In this document: in pieces, positions 24,400 through 36,396 of the stretch | How positions within the stretch are numbered: position 1 is the stretch's first letter | Layout: each line of letters begins with the position of its first letter | From: Psilocybe cubensis | Taxonomy: Eukaryota | NCBI GenBank assembly: GCA_017499595.2 | Contig: CM039010.1 | Span: forward strand, 1,302,001-1,366,000 | DNA: 64,000 nucleotides | Direction of reading: 5' to 3' | Notes under the pieces: generated by a model | The model's database searches: none | The model's input: the letters and a program-made list of their open reading frames with translations, nothing else | What the model was told of the DNA's origin: nothing | Translations under genes and position numbers: made by a program

Positions 24400-27300
24400 T
24401 TACAGGCTGTTACAGAGGCTGCAGTTGAATTTTAGGGAATTGCGGAGAGTCGCGGCTAAAAAGTGCAGAGTAAACCGGGTCAGCAACGAAACAAATTGCA
24501 AAACGACGATGCAAAAGCCACCGCATGCTTACGTAAGGCGATGAGAACAACAAAGATGGCGAGTACGAGGACATAGACAATTCCATATTTTATGATCTGC
24601 GCAGTAAAGTTAACATCTGAACAGCTTCCGAGTTTTCCGCTGTAATATCAGCTGAGTAAAATATACTCACAATCCAGCGTCGTTGACGCTTCTGCTTGAT
24701 GGAATACAGAGGAGCACGGATTTGTTTCGAGGGCCGTAGCCAGACTGTACGTGGCAAGTCAGCCAACAACATCCCCTTCAAAAAAACGACACTCACAAAG
24801 TAGGGTAGCATGTAGACGGTCAAAATAGGGTATCAGAATGGGAGGCGTCAACAAAAACAAGAGCATGTGTCCAAGAAGAAGATCCGAGCTCCACAACGAC
24901 AGTTCAATGATCTTTACGATAAACTCTCGGGCGGGCTGGGACATCACATGCGAGCCCAATCCACGGCCGTACCATCTACCCGTCCACCACGCACGATTCG
25001 TTTCGTCGTGTTTGAATTCACGGGACAGGAAGACTGAGATGAGAATCTTGTGCACAGCTCGTTGGATAGCTATCACACAGATAAGGCCAAGGACAGCATG
25101 GCTGGCATCCCACGACTCGAGGAACCACTGTTGAATTGAAAAGAAGAAGAAAAAAAGAGAGAAATAAGATTGTTCAGAGAAGATCATTAAACGAATTTGA
25201 AAATGCAACGCACCAAAAACTCAAAGAAGCCGAGCATGCCGACAACACCCAAAACATGGGCAATGAACGCAATCACGGAGCCGAATTTTGAGAACATGGG
25301 GTCGAGCATGGGGCCTAGGAAGAGCGAGACCAGGAATAACACCAACAGGACAGCAGCATTCCAGACGATGGGACCGAGCGAGATGACCGCGATGCGAATC
25401 AGCGGGCTTGGGGGGAACTTGCCATTGGCATCCGGGAACGACTTGACGAACATGTACGCGATCACAAACAGGACGGCCATGACGATCGGGAATATGATCT
25501 CTGAAAAGATGACCGCTCGCCAGCTGGCACGGGGGACGTCGCCTGATAGCTTTTCGGATGGGTGGCCCAACTTCTTTTTCTTGTAACCGGTGATCATGGT
25601 TCGCGACAGGCGGCAGTATCCAATCCACGAATTGTTGTGTGAGCGTGAGTTACCGCGCATCATCCATCTCAAAAATTCACTGTAAAATAATAATAAAAAC
25701 ATACGTCATCAGTAACCACGAGGTTCATTTACACTCTTAAAAAGAACACAACATACCGGTAGTCGATGATGAAATCCGAGAACACAAACTGATGAGGGTT
25801 GAACCAGAACGGCGCGATGCACAGCGACATGACCGTAAACCAGAAATAAATGAGGTATGGCGTCCACAGCGTCAACGTCACATACAACAGCATGATCAAG
25901 GTCCTCATGCCCAGGTATATGCTTGGCCCAGCAAAGCGCGAGAACAAAATGTTGAAGTAGATTCTCGTCGTCGCGAACCCACGGCCGGTAGCAATGTATC
26001 GAGCACCACCAAATGTCAGATTGCTAAGAATGGAATGCGTGTAGATCTGGGTTGCAAACACCTCGAAGACGGGTGAGAGTGATGAAAATTGTTTGCATAA
26101 ACGGAAAATGGCTTTCCACGTTCCACGCTCGACAAGTTCTGTGGTGGACAGCGGACATAAGTCAACATTACCCGAGTAGATTTTAAGCTATATTAACGAA
26201 CCTTGGAGGAAAAGTGGCAAGAAGGCAATCATGAACACCAAGAAGATACTGATGATGCATCGGTGGATCCAAGAGAACACAGGGTCAAGGTTGTAACAGC
26301 CAGCCTGTCCACCCAAGAACTGTCCAGCCGCAGTATACTTGCAAATCTGCAGGTTCGAGTTCAACGTTCCAATGAACACCACTAAAATCACACACAAACA
26401 ACAGATCAGCAACTACACAACCTCAAAAAGTGAAAAGAAAAAAACCACTCACTCGTCACAATGAACAGCTGCAACGACAGAATAACCAGCATATTGTTGA
26501 TCTGGAATCCAGGATGGCCATAATAAAACGTCAAGAACCTATCAATAGGCAACTGTGTGCCCAAATAATAGTACTCCCGACTCAAAAACTGTTCTCCCAT
26601 ACCCGTCCCAATCTTCGTCTGGAAGTTCAAAATCGTACCAAAGCCCAAATCACGACCTTTACCGCACTGGTAGTACTCCGTATGCTTGATCACACCACCA
26701 CGCCCGAACGCGTTCATGCCCGCGTAGATATCCTCGTTGAGATGCAATCCCTTTTGCGCCTTGGACACTCCGCCCCGCGTCGTCATGTACAGCGCGTTCA
26801 AGAAATCCGGGTGACCGTAATGCAACTTCCCGCCGATCCACGCCATAGACCGCGCAGAGAGCGTTCCAAACGTCTGCTCTTTACCAGCAGCCAGATCTCC
26901 CAGTATACCAATATTCTCCGAGAAAATGTATTCGCGCGCACCAACAATTGCAACGGGAGGCTTCTTGAAGTCCTTGTGGTTCCATTGACCGTACGGGCTC
27001 TGGTTCGACACCGCATACTCGTCAAACTCAGCCAACACATTCCTGATCTTAAGACACTCCTCGAGGTAATTATCCTGGTTCGCATCGATGAGCTGCAAAT
27101 ATTCGCCCCTATAAAAGATGATCGCGTGGTTCTGGTTGTCCGACTTTCCGTCTCCGAGGATAGGGTTCCCAGGCAGCTCGATACGGAATTTAGGCCGCCT
27201 CCTCCCCGTCTCAGGCACAAACTCGCTATGTCCATCAATCAACGACGAGAAAATCCGCGGGTCGCCACCTTCCCTGCGCGGCGGCTCCTCCTCCAAATAC

Positions 27301-30300
27301 GCAATCTGTAAATCAGGATACGCGCGCAACAAAAACTCGGCATTCTCATGCTCCTCCTTGTTGAACTTGGAGAACCGCTGCATCGACACGACAAACTTGA
27401 ACTTGCGCCTTGCCATCCTCTCAAGCTCTCGCTCAAGCTTATCCGTGTTACCGCCGAACTGCTGTACGACCTCGGGGTTCTCCACGCGGTAGAGCAGCTT
27501 GATCGCCTTGGAGTAGTTCATCATGCCAGAGACCGTCCTGTACAAAGTCTGCGCGCGGAGCGAAGCCCAGATACGCGTGCGCAGTGTGAATTCAGGGGCG
27601 GCGCTCTTGAATCCGATAAAGTAGAACGGCAAATCATCGACCTTAGACTGGCCCTTTTCGTCGTTCGCAAAGGGGTTGACGCCATTGAACATCGCCGACT
27701 CCTCCGCGAGGATCTTGGTATCCTTGACAAAATTCTCCCATTCGATCGGGTGCAACTGCTTCAGGTACTCGAGAAGCGTAACGCGGGTGTTCTGATCCTC
27801 TTCGCGAATGATCTCACGCAGCGAGAGCAAAGTCTGCAAAACGAAAAAAGAGACCACCGTGAGTACCAACAATCAACCGATGACATCACAGCTATTATCA
27901 AATACAGGCACCGAAAAAAAAGGTTCAACAATCAAACAACCGTCGTCGTCACCGACAAACACGACGATTGCTAATGGGCAAGTATGTCATCCCCATTACC
28001 GACGCATCTCGGAGAAACACAGGCATGTTTCACCACAAATCCACACAACGCAACCAACCAACAAGCAACCAAAAACAGCAAAAAAAGAAGACGCAGCACA
28101 AAAGAATCTCACAGACACACACCTTTTCACTGTAATGGGGCGTCAAGACCGTAAACGTAGGCATCGCATCAACCGGCAGAGGCGGCGGAATGTTCGTCGT
28201 CAGACTCTGCGCAAAGAACGAGATTCGTCTCTCCGCTTCGCTCCCAGCCGGGAAAAACTCGCCCTTGAAGCCCTTGTCGTTTTGTGCCGTGAAGAATGGC
28301 GGCGCACGCAACGACCGCCGTCCGCCCGCGCCAGTGTCAACTTGGTGATAAAGCAGCTTTTGCACATGGTCGATAGAGAGCAGATGTTCGCGGTACATGG
28401 AAATGATGATTGCATTCCAAATTTGCGAGACGAGAACCTGCAGAACCATAGAGTCAATAATGAGAATTAGGTACATAAAAAAGACGCACCTTGGGTTTGT
28501 ACTTGACCTCCATATCCTGAGTAGCCAAAAGCTTTGCATATATCCGCTTGGGTAGTCTGGTATAGATATCCTTCCAGGGAGTCCAGATCGAAAGTCCGAG
28601 CGTAAACGAGCGCGCGATACTGTACACCGTATTCCAAATGATATACCACAAAAACGTGTCCAAGAAGAACAAAGCCAGATCCATGATATACATAATCGTC
28701 AACGTGAACGCTGCCTGATTAGTGCACAGCGAATTGCCAAACAACTTGTCCGAGCACCCTTGAACCTTCATGCCCACCATCACCTGGATCGGTTTGCCAA
28801 AAGATGTGCTCAAGAAAAAGTAGGATTCCACAAACTTGCACCCGAACACCAATATCCACAAAAATATCGAGCCGATGCGGTTTTGCTTGCCCAATTGCGG
28901 GTAACTCGCTGTAAACGTCTGGCTCGCAAGGTACTTTCTTGATTTGCCCGCAACCCTGTCGCCGAACATCCTGCCAGACGGCATGATCGCAAACAGCACC
29001 GTCGCAATGACCGAAATGAAGAACTGAACGATGCCCAAAATAAGCGCCAGCTGCCCGCCAGTGCCGTTATGCTCTACAATGGCAATGTAAACCGTGGGAC
29101 CGGAAGTAAGACCTAGCGTGATGAATAAGAAAATGAGACGTCGAGTAAGATGTGATGTGTTGTTCCAGGTCGTGGGGATGTACGAGAATTCGGCGATGGT
29201 GGCAAGAATCATGATGATGGTGGCAACGGCACCTCCCAAGGCGACAGCGGACCACGTCATGGCAGGCGACGAGCGCCCCTCTACGCGATATACATTCGGT
29301 GAATTGAACGAAGTGTAGAAGTAGAACATAGCTATGTGGATGACCCAGATGCGGTTGAAGTTGACAAGGAGATGGCCTATAGAGCGTTTTTCTGAGTATG
29401 TCTTGAAGAAGGCGCGGTTCCAGTCTATCCGGTCGAACTTCATGAACCGTTGGGCAGGAGGTAGGTCGACGAGTCGTGTCTAGAAAGAGGGATGAGATGT
29501 AGTATCGTCCTGCGGCCCTTGTTAGACACGTACCTTGTCGTTGAGGACTATTCTCGCAATGCCTTCTGGGTACCAAAACAGTTGATTCACATCGTCATAC
29601 CCAATGATATCCTGGTGGTCTCGTTCTCTCCGCACAAACTTTCCATCTACGACCTCATAACCCTGATCACGAATGAATCTGTACAAAGGCTTCGTGACCG
29701 CTCGGAGATACAGACCCTCGGGTACTGGCTCAACGCGATTCTGGCATTCGGGTGATCGGTAATAATCGTCTGCACATTTGAAGATGAAACACAGGGCTTC
29801 GGGACAGAACCGGACTTGGGCGGCTTCACCCCAACAAAGTAGGTAGAGAGCAATCTGCCGCAGTCGATCATATTGGCTCATGCTGTTCATTGCCTCCCGC
29901 CAGCGATCCAATGCCGTGTTGAGAGACTTTTCGTGAGGCTGACGCTTGCCGCCCCGCTTTGACTTGAGGCGATTGAGGCCGGGATTCTGGGTTTGGCCAA
30001 TGGCATCATCGAGGTCGAGTTGAGCGGCGAAATACCACTTCCGATAGTTGGCATTGTGACCGCCAATATAGTCGGCGTGGAGGGTGAGCAGGGCCTGATT
30101 TGGAGACATTCTGGATGCTCTGCTATCGAGCAGCTGCATCAAAAAATCGAACTAGAGCATGGAAAAGAGATGAGTTGTGTCCATGTCGCGAGACAAAAGG
30201 AGTGATGATGGGAGACTCAGAGGAAGTAGCCAAGCACAAAAGGCTTGGCAGCGTTCAACCAACACAGGGAGGGGGTAAATTGGACGTACCATATTCCTCA

Positions 30301-30843
30301 TCGAATCCCTCTGAAAACCGAACTTTTGTGTGAGATCAAGAAAAATGTCCTCTATTTCCTCCTTTGAGAGAGGGATCTGGCGCTCTGCGCTCCACGCGGG
30401 ATAAGCCTCCCGCGAGCCGGCCGGTCCACCGTACTCCATGAAGGTTGGTGTTGAAGAATCGGGATAGCCCATGCGACTGCCTGGAGGGGGGCCGAGGGAC
30501 TCTGAGGAAGGGGCCGGCCGCTGACCATAGACATCAGGGTCTGAATCTGTGTCGGGGAGGGCTGATGGAGCGGAAAAAGGATATAAGCAATAAAAAAGAT
30601 AGAGAAAAAGAGGGACCGCGCACGATAGTCGTAGTTTCCATGCTCGTAGTCATTGACCGCGGGATTGCTGGTGTCTGAGTTGTATGTCTCCCGATAATCG
30701 CGCCTGCCGCCAAACTCAACATGGTCCGAGTCATTATCGTAATAGCGTCGCTGAGAATTGAAGGGGTCCTGTGAATGAGCGTCTAGAGAGGGCGAGGAGG
30801 AGGGATATCCCTCCTGACTAGTAGGCCCTGGACGAGCAGGCAT
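24400..30843 (-). CDS. FKS1: Beta-1,3-glucan synthase catalytic subunit (GT48)
   Basis: [97 protein letters not shown]; ends [18 protein letters not shown]. Confidence 0.98.
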
Positions 30844-32240
30844 CTGCTGCGGGGGACGGGAGGGACAGTGAGTTGGGAGGGTGTGGGTGTGGTAGACAGC
30901 GAAATGACGAAACACGAGTAAACCTCAGCCCACCACATTCAACCCCCGACACCGGCAAATCCCGGCTCTTCTCCTTTTCTGCGGCTGTTCGTTTGCCCAT
31001 CGCCAAGCGGCTCGAACAGACGCGGTGTATCACACTCACAATCACTGCGGCCTCGCCTCTCCGCCCACTGCGTCCTATTAATAGTCCTCACTGCCAGCAG
31101 AGTTGCGCTGCCCCGACCTCCCCCCGCCCTATAGTCATCCTCGTTCTTCAGTACGTACAGATCGCCTCAATGCTGTAAATGCGCGGAGATGGCGGTGATA
31201 ATCAGCGCCGCGCCCCTAACATGTTATGACTTTCAAACGAAACACAAGGTCATTGTATGCCACCTTCATTCAATCTCAAACTGCACTTCACCCATCCATC
31301 CGTATCCTTCGGCGAGCCAAACTTACATACTCTCCAGCGGGGAGACTGACATGCGCACGACATACGTCTGCCTTGGCAGATATGCTATCACTGACACCAT
31401 GTTCTAGGGCGGTCATGCGACCTTTCTCTAGTTCAGTAGCGATCGAGCTTCAAAAACTAAACCCAAAAGCCTCCTTCAACATTTAATATCTGCACACCCA
31501 CTCTTTTGTCGGTCATTTGTCGATTCACTCCGGAGCCTTCGGCGGTTTCTTCGTTCTCAATGGAATTGAACGAGCTTCCATTTGTCAATGGAAGAACCAT
31601 GATGAAACTCGATGCTGGCCAGCTAAGCAGTATCATGGCCTGTATGCATTTCAGCCTTACAAAGTAATCAATTTTTAGCATTTGTTCAGCACCACGAGTG
31701 TCTGATGGTTTTGACGTCATCAATGGGAGCACATTGGTAACTATAGAATATGCGATATTGCAACAATGATTGATTGACGTAGTTATAATATAAAAGTTAG
31801 GGGGCAATGCTTGCAGTCAGTAAAAATTTCTTACTCTATGTCTGGACTTGTGAGTGTGTAGATGGGATTGACGAGTTAACTTTTTGGGAGACGTTTTTAC
31901 CGCTTCCATCCAGAATCAGGCCAAATCTGCATAGTGGGCCAGGAAATTAAAGGGATTTCCCTCAATAATTAGTCGAAATGTACGCCTGTACGGAAATTTG
32001 GGACAGAAATCGAGGGGAAAGCGGCAGACCTGCTTGCTCTTGCCACGTAGTACCAGCAACATCTTACTTTGCGGTATTTGATTTTCCACCTTGTCGTGTA
32101 CAGTCCATACAGGTAAAATTCTTCTCTCAAGTTAACATTGCCCTCCAATTTTCCATTGAATTAAATACTTACGCAATGGTATCCCATCGCCTGCAGTACA
32201 ATTTAACAAAATCAGCTTTCGGCTAGCAACACATCGACCA

Positions 32241-33935
32241 ATGCTTACTGGGTGTAAAAACTGTTATGGCCATGCAACCGACCCACCTCACGAATTGCAC
32301 ACCCTTTCCGACCAGCCATGCACCACACTGACCGGTACTTCATGCGACGCTTGCAGATCGATAATAACCATCGAAGCGGAGATCCTCGACGCACAGGCTG
32401 CACTATTGCGTCTCATAGAGCGCCATCGCACAGCGCGCGAAGAGATGAACATGTCCCACAGCTCAATACATCAACGCATCCCCCCAGAAATATTGTCATC
32501 GATCTTCCGATTCTGTATTCCAAACAATATGGAGGACAACATGTTGCAGCATTTATCTACGCCACGTCGGGTTGAAACGTGCATGCCATATATTCTAGGA
32601 TCTGTCTGTAGAACATGGCGCAGCATTGCTTGGTCAACACCACGCCTGTGGAACCAGGTCTACTTGCGTTTCAACTCCGAGAAAAACGCATTGCAATCCG
32701 AACTCTTAGAGAAATGGCTCAGTCGGACAGGCGATCTACCTCTGAGAATATATGCAGATTGTATCGTAAAGCACAGTAGGCAAAGAACGTATAGGCAAAG
32801 AACGTCGAAGGAGGAGATTCCGCAAATGGATATCATCAGTCGGTACTCTTCGCGATGGGAAGATTTATACCTCTGTCTTCCAGCCGAATGTCTCGATAGC
32901 TTGCATGCACATAGCGGGACACCTCTTCTACGGACGCTTCTTCTGAGACCCTGCGTGGATTATAAAAACGTCAAATGGCAGATGCCCCATACTACGCCGC
33001 GGAACCTATTCCTGGATCTTCGATATATGTACGATGCACAGATCTTGCATTTGGGTCATTATTCATTCAACGTTGATTGGGACATGATAACGGAACTGCA
33101 CATAGAAACCAATATGCCGATCATGATTGAATTCGCGATGAACGCTGAAAACCTGCGATCTCTCGAGATCACAAACCCTTCCAGTTATATAGAACCTGAT
33201 ACTACAGGAGACGATGCACCGTACCCTCATGACCCATTACGATTCGAGGAGCCTTTGCTCAGTCATTCCAATATCCAGCAATTCAAATACCGTTGTCTAT
33301 CCAACCACCCCAATCATTTTATGACGTTCGACTTTCCTGCTGCGGTAAAGGTTCACATTGATATAACAAACGCACCAATCGACGAGCCAAGCGGGATCGC
33401 AAAATTAATAAGCTCACTGGGCCACTCACCCTGTCTGACATGGCTAACCCTGAATATCGGAATGTACGCCGATGGCGATATCGACCTTGTCCATATATTA
33501 CATGCTGCGCCTTCTTTAGAATTTCTGACTCTCAACTACATCCACCATTCGAATTTAGAATTTAATCTTCCAAAGCAGCTGCGCAATACCGCTGTCGCCA
33601 ATCCCAACCAATTTCTTCCAAAATTACGGGAGATATCATGTACTCTTGGACTAAAAACTATCCATTGGACAGACCTACTCATGGTTTTTGGCCGCCTTGA
33701 AGAGATTAACGACCCAGGACGACGGCCGCTTACATCTGTCGTGTACGTTGTGTCTAACCGGAGCAGTAACCTCCGCGATGAGGATATAGGTCCAAGTCCC
33801 AATGAAGTCAGGACCATGACTCCTTACCTTCGATCCCTAAAAACGGCCAATCTACATCTCGAAGCTCGTCTCGACTCTAATAAGAACTTGCTGCCATGGG
33901 CGCTTATTGAACAGGTGGAAAGCATGGCTTCCTGA
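32241..33935 (+). CDS. Intronless F-box-like/LRR protein with N-terminal Cys motif and coiled coil, copy 1
   Basis: 564-aa ORF; RIPPEILSSIFRFC, LGSVCRTWRSIAWSTPRLW, WLSRTGDLPL. Confidence 0.88.
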   Translation: MLTGCKNCYGHATDPPHELHTLSDQPCTTLTGTSCDACRSIITIEAEILDAQAALLRLIERHRTAREEMNMSHSSIHQRIPPEILSSIFRFCIPNNMEDNMLQHLSTPRRVETCMPYILGSVCRTWRSIAWSTPRLWNQVYLRFNSEKNALQSELLEKWLSRTGDLPLRIYADCIVKHSRQRTYRQRTSKEEIPQMDIISRYSSRWEDLYLCLPAECLDSLHAHSGTPLLRTLLLRPCVDYKNVKWQMPHTTPRNLFLDLRYMYDAQILHLGHYSFNVDWDMITELHIETNMPIMIEFAMNAENLRSLEITNPSSYIEPDTTGDDAPYPHDPLRFEEPLLSHSNIQQFKYRCLSNHPNHFMTFDFPAAVKVHIDITNAPIDEPSGIAKLISSLGHSPCLTWLTLNIGMYADGDIDLVHILHAAPSLEFLTLNYIHHSNLEFNLPKQLRNTAVANPNQFLPKLREISCTLGLKTIHWTDLLMVFGRLEEINDPGRRPLTSVVYVVSNRSSNLRDEDIGPSPNEVRTMTPYLRSLKTANLHLEARLDSNKNLLPWALIEQVESMAS

Positions 33936-34316
33936 ACCTAAAGCGAACATCTATGAAAGAAAATAATGATACTAGCTATTAAAATATGTATGCATCGTAT
34001 TGTACTAATTTATTTGTACCAACCTTGTAACGCATCTTGCCATCATAATAGGCTTCGAGAACGTGGCGAGCGAGGAACTTAAAAATACAAGTTCAAGTTA
34101 ATGCTCGGCCGATTAGTAATACCGAAGAACATCGATCAAGTACCACCCGTGACTTCAGTTCACAAACTTACTGATAACGATAGTATAACGACGCTCCTGC
34201 TTCTACTCTGACTTTGACCGTTATCTGCCCATAACAATTCTTACAGCCCGTACTTGAGGAGATTTATTTGCACGACACCATCTTTGGCCCCTCTTTGTAA
34301 AACACTCGTCAAAATC

Positions 34317-35942
34317 ATGCTTACTTCATGCAAACACTGCAGTGGCCGCGGGACAGAGCCGTTACCGCCCAATGCGCAGGATTTACACGCACTGCAGAAC
34401 CAGCCGTGCAGAACCCACGATGGAAATACATGTAATGCATGTAGAGCGATGATCTCACTGGAGGCTAAAATTCTCGATGCGCAAGCAGCACTTTTGCAGC
34501 TGCTCAACCTCCATCGCGACCTCCGCGAAGAAATGAACCAAGCACACAGCCTTATAAACCAACGCTTGGCTCCCGAGTTACTGTCTTCAATCTTCCAGTG
34601 CTGTATTGATGACAATATAGAGGATGGGATGTCATCTTCGGGCGTCAAAATTGATATACGCGCGCCTTATACTTTGGCAGCTGTTTGCAAGGCTTGGCGT
34701 AGCATTGCTTTGTCGACTCCAAACCTTTGGAATAAGGTGTTTATTACAATCGACCAGAACAATGATGTCCCACTACAGGCACAACTGCTAAGGGAGTGGC
34801 TTAGTCGCTCAGGCGACCTTCCTCTTAAAATATGCACAAAATACAACAGGAACGCTCTCTATCCCGGGCCCCATGATGAGAATGACGCGTTCGCGGAAAC
34901 TCCGATCCTAGACATCATCAACCAATATTCTTCGCGATGGCAGGATTTATATTTCACTGTTTCCGCTGCGTTTCTCAAGAGGTTGCGAGCACCCAACGGC
35001 ACACCGCTCCTTCGCACGGTTTCCCTATATCCCCAACAGTGGTTCCGAGATTGCAAATGGCAGCTGAACCATGCAACACCGCAAAATCTATACCTAAACC
35101 TTTCGAAAATATCTCATGAACTAGAGAACACCACAGACAATATGTTCAACGTCGACTGGAGCGCCGTCACACGGCTAGTGTCAACCGACTTCCCTAGGGT
35201 ACTCCAACACGGAATACGGCAAGCTTCGAACTTGCAATACCTCGAAATCATAATCCCGAGCCAAACGACGCCAGCCGGCGACGAAGTGTTGCAAGGAATT
35301 TCTATCACTAATTCGAACGTTAAGGAATTCACATATCAGTGTCGTGGGGAGCCGAAGCTCATGTCATTCGACTTACCTGCAGCCCAAATGTGGCATATGA
35401 AATTAAACATGCTAACCACCCAAGCGGGAATCGATAGCTTCAAAGCTTCATTAGAGCGCTCGCCTTGTTTGACACATCTAACCATATATATTATGGCGTT
35501 AAAGGATAAACTTATCCACATTCTACACAGTGTACCATCTTTACAGTCCCTAACCATCGAGGGAACATTCCTATCGTTTGGGCAGGAGGATGGACTTTTC
35601 GCGCATCTGTGCAAAACTGCCACCACGAACCCAGCTCATTTTCTTCCAAATTTACGGATGATTTCATGCCACGCTCGTGCAAGAAACACCTCATGGACCA
35701 ACTTACCACTCGTATTTGGTCCTCTTGGAGAACTCACTAACCCTGCACGACGCCCTCTGACATCTTTCGTCGTTCTTGTTTTTGGTAGCTATCAGGATCC
35801 TGAAGGTCCCATACCAGCGTCATGCATTGACCCGACCTTAATACCTCAGCTTAAATCCCTTAAAGACGCCAAATTAAACCTCGAAGTTCGTCACCGGCGG
35901 TCAAACAGGAACCTGCTACCATGGCCGCTCAATGAACAGTAA
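34317..35942 (+). CDS. Intronless F-box-like/LRR protein, copy 2 (tandem paralogue)
   Basis: Start placed at ATG 34317 (MLTSCKHC) by alignment to copy 1; RLAPELLSSIFQCC, LAAVCKAWRSIALSTPNLW, WLSRSGDLPL. Confidence 0.88.
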   Translation: MLTSCKHCSGRGTEPLPPNAQDLHALQNQPCRTHDGNTCNACRAMISLEAKILDAQAALLQLLNLHRDLREEMNQAHSLINQRLAPELLSSIFQCCIDDNIEDGMSSSGVKIDIRAPYTLAAVCKAWRSIALSTPNLWNKVFITIDQNNDVPLQAQLLREWLSRSGDLPLKICTKYNRNALYPGPHDENDAFAETPILDIINQYSSRWQDLYFTVSAAFLKRLRAPNGTPLLRTVSLYPQQWFRDCKWQLNHATPQNLYLNLSKISHELENTTDNMFNVDWSAVTRLVSTDFPRVLQHGIRQASNLQYLEIIIPSQTTPAGDEVLQGISITNSNVKEFTYQCRGEPKLMSFDLPAAQMWHMKLNMLTTQAGIDSFKASLERSPCLTHLTIYIMALKDKLIHILHSVPSLQSLTIEGTFLSFGQEDGLFAHLCKTATTNPAHFLPNLRMISCHARARNTSWTNLPLVFGPLGELTNPARRPLTSFVVLVFGSYQDPEGPIPASCIDPTLIPQLKSLKDAKLNLEVRHRRSNRNLLPWPLNEQ

Positions 35943-36396
35943 TATAAAGGGGACAGTAAATGTAAAATAATAGGCCTTGAAGCTTGATCGATCACTTTTA
36001 TGACTCACAATAGACCGCAATATGATTGGGCACCAAAGTGCATGAATGGGTTAAGCACTGTGACCGCATACTACAATGACTGCGAATACATTCGACAACG
36101 GTACAGTGAGATAAATTGAACATGCAGAAAAAAAAATCCTGCATCAATCTTGGTTGTTATAGCTGACGTGCTTCTGACTTGCACGAGCCCTTCAGTTCGA
36201 AAATATGACGAGAGAGTGCAAGCTGCTTGCTCGCTTCTTGAGATGAAGGCATAGGCGTGGCCGGGACGGTCGATCGATGTCGAATTACTGAAAACTACCT
36301 CACGGTGGAAGGTCAGACAAAAATGACCGACGACAGTAAACAGGTATTGAAATACCTGGTTCAGTAATCTTGAGAGACGTTCATGTTTGTAATGTG

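Noticed and set aside
26430..28470. Long plus-strand ORFs (293, 208 and 220 aa)
   Set aside because: Antisense shadows of the codon-biased FKS1 exons; no independent protein features.
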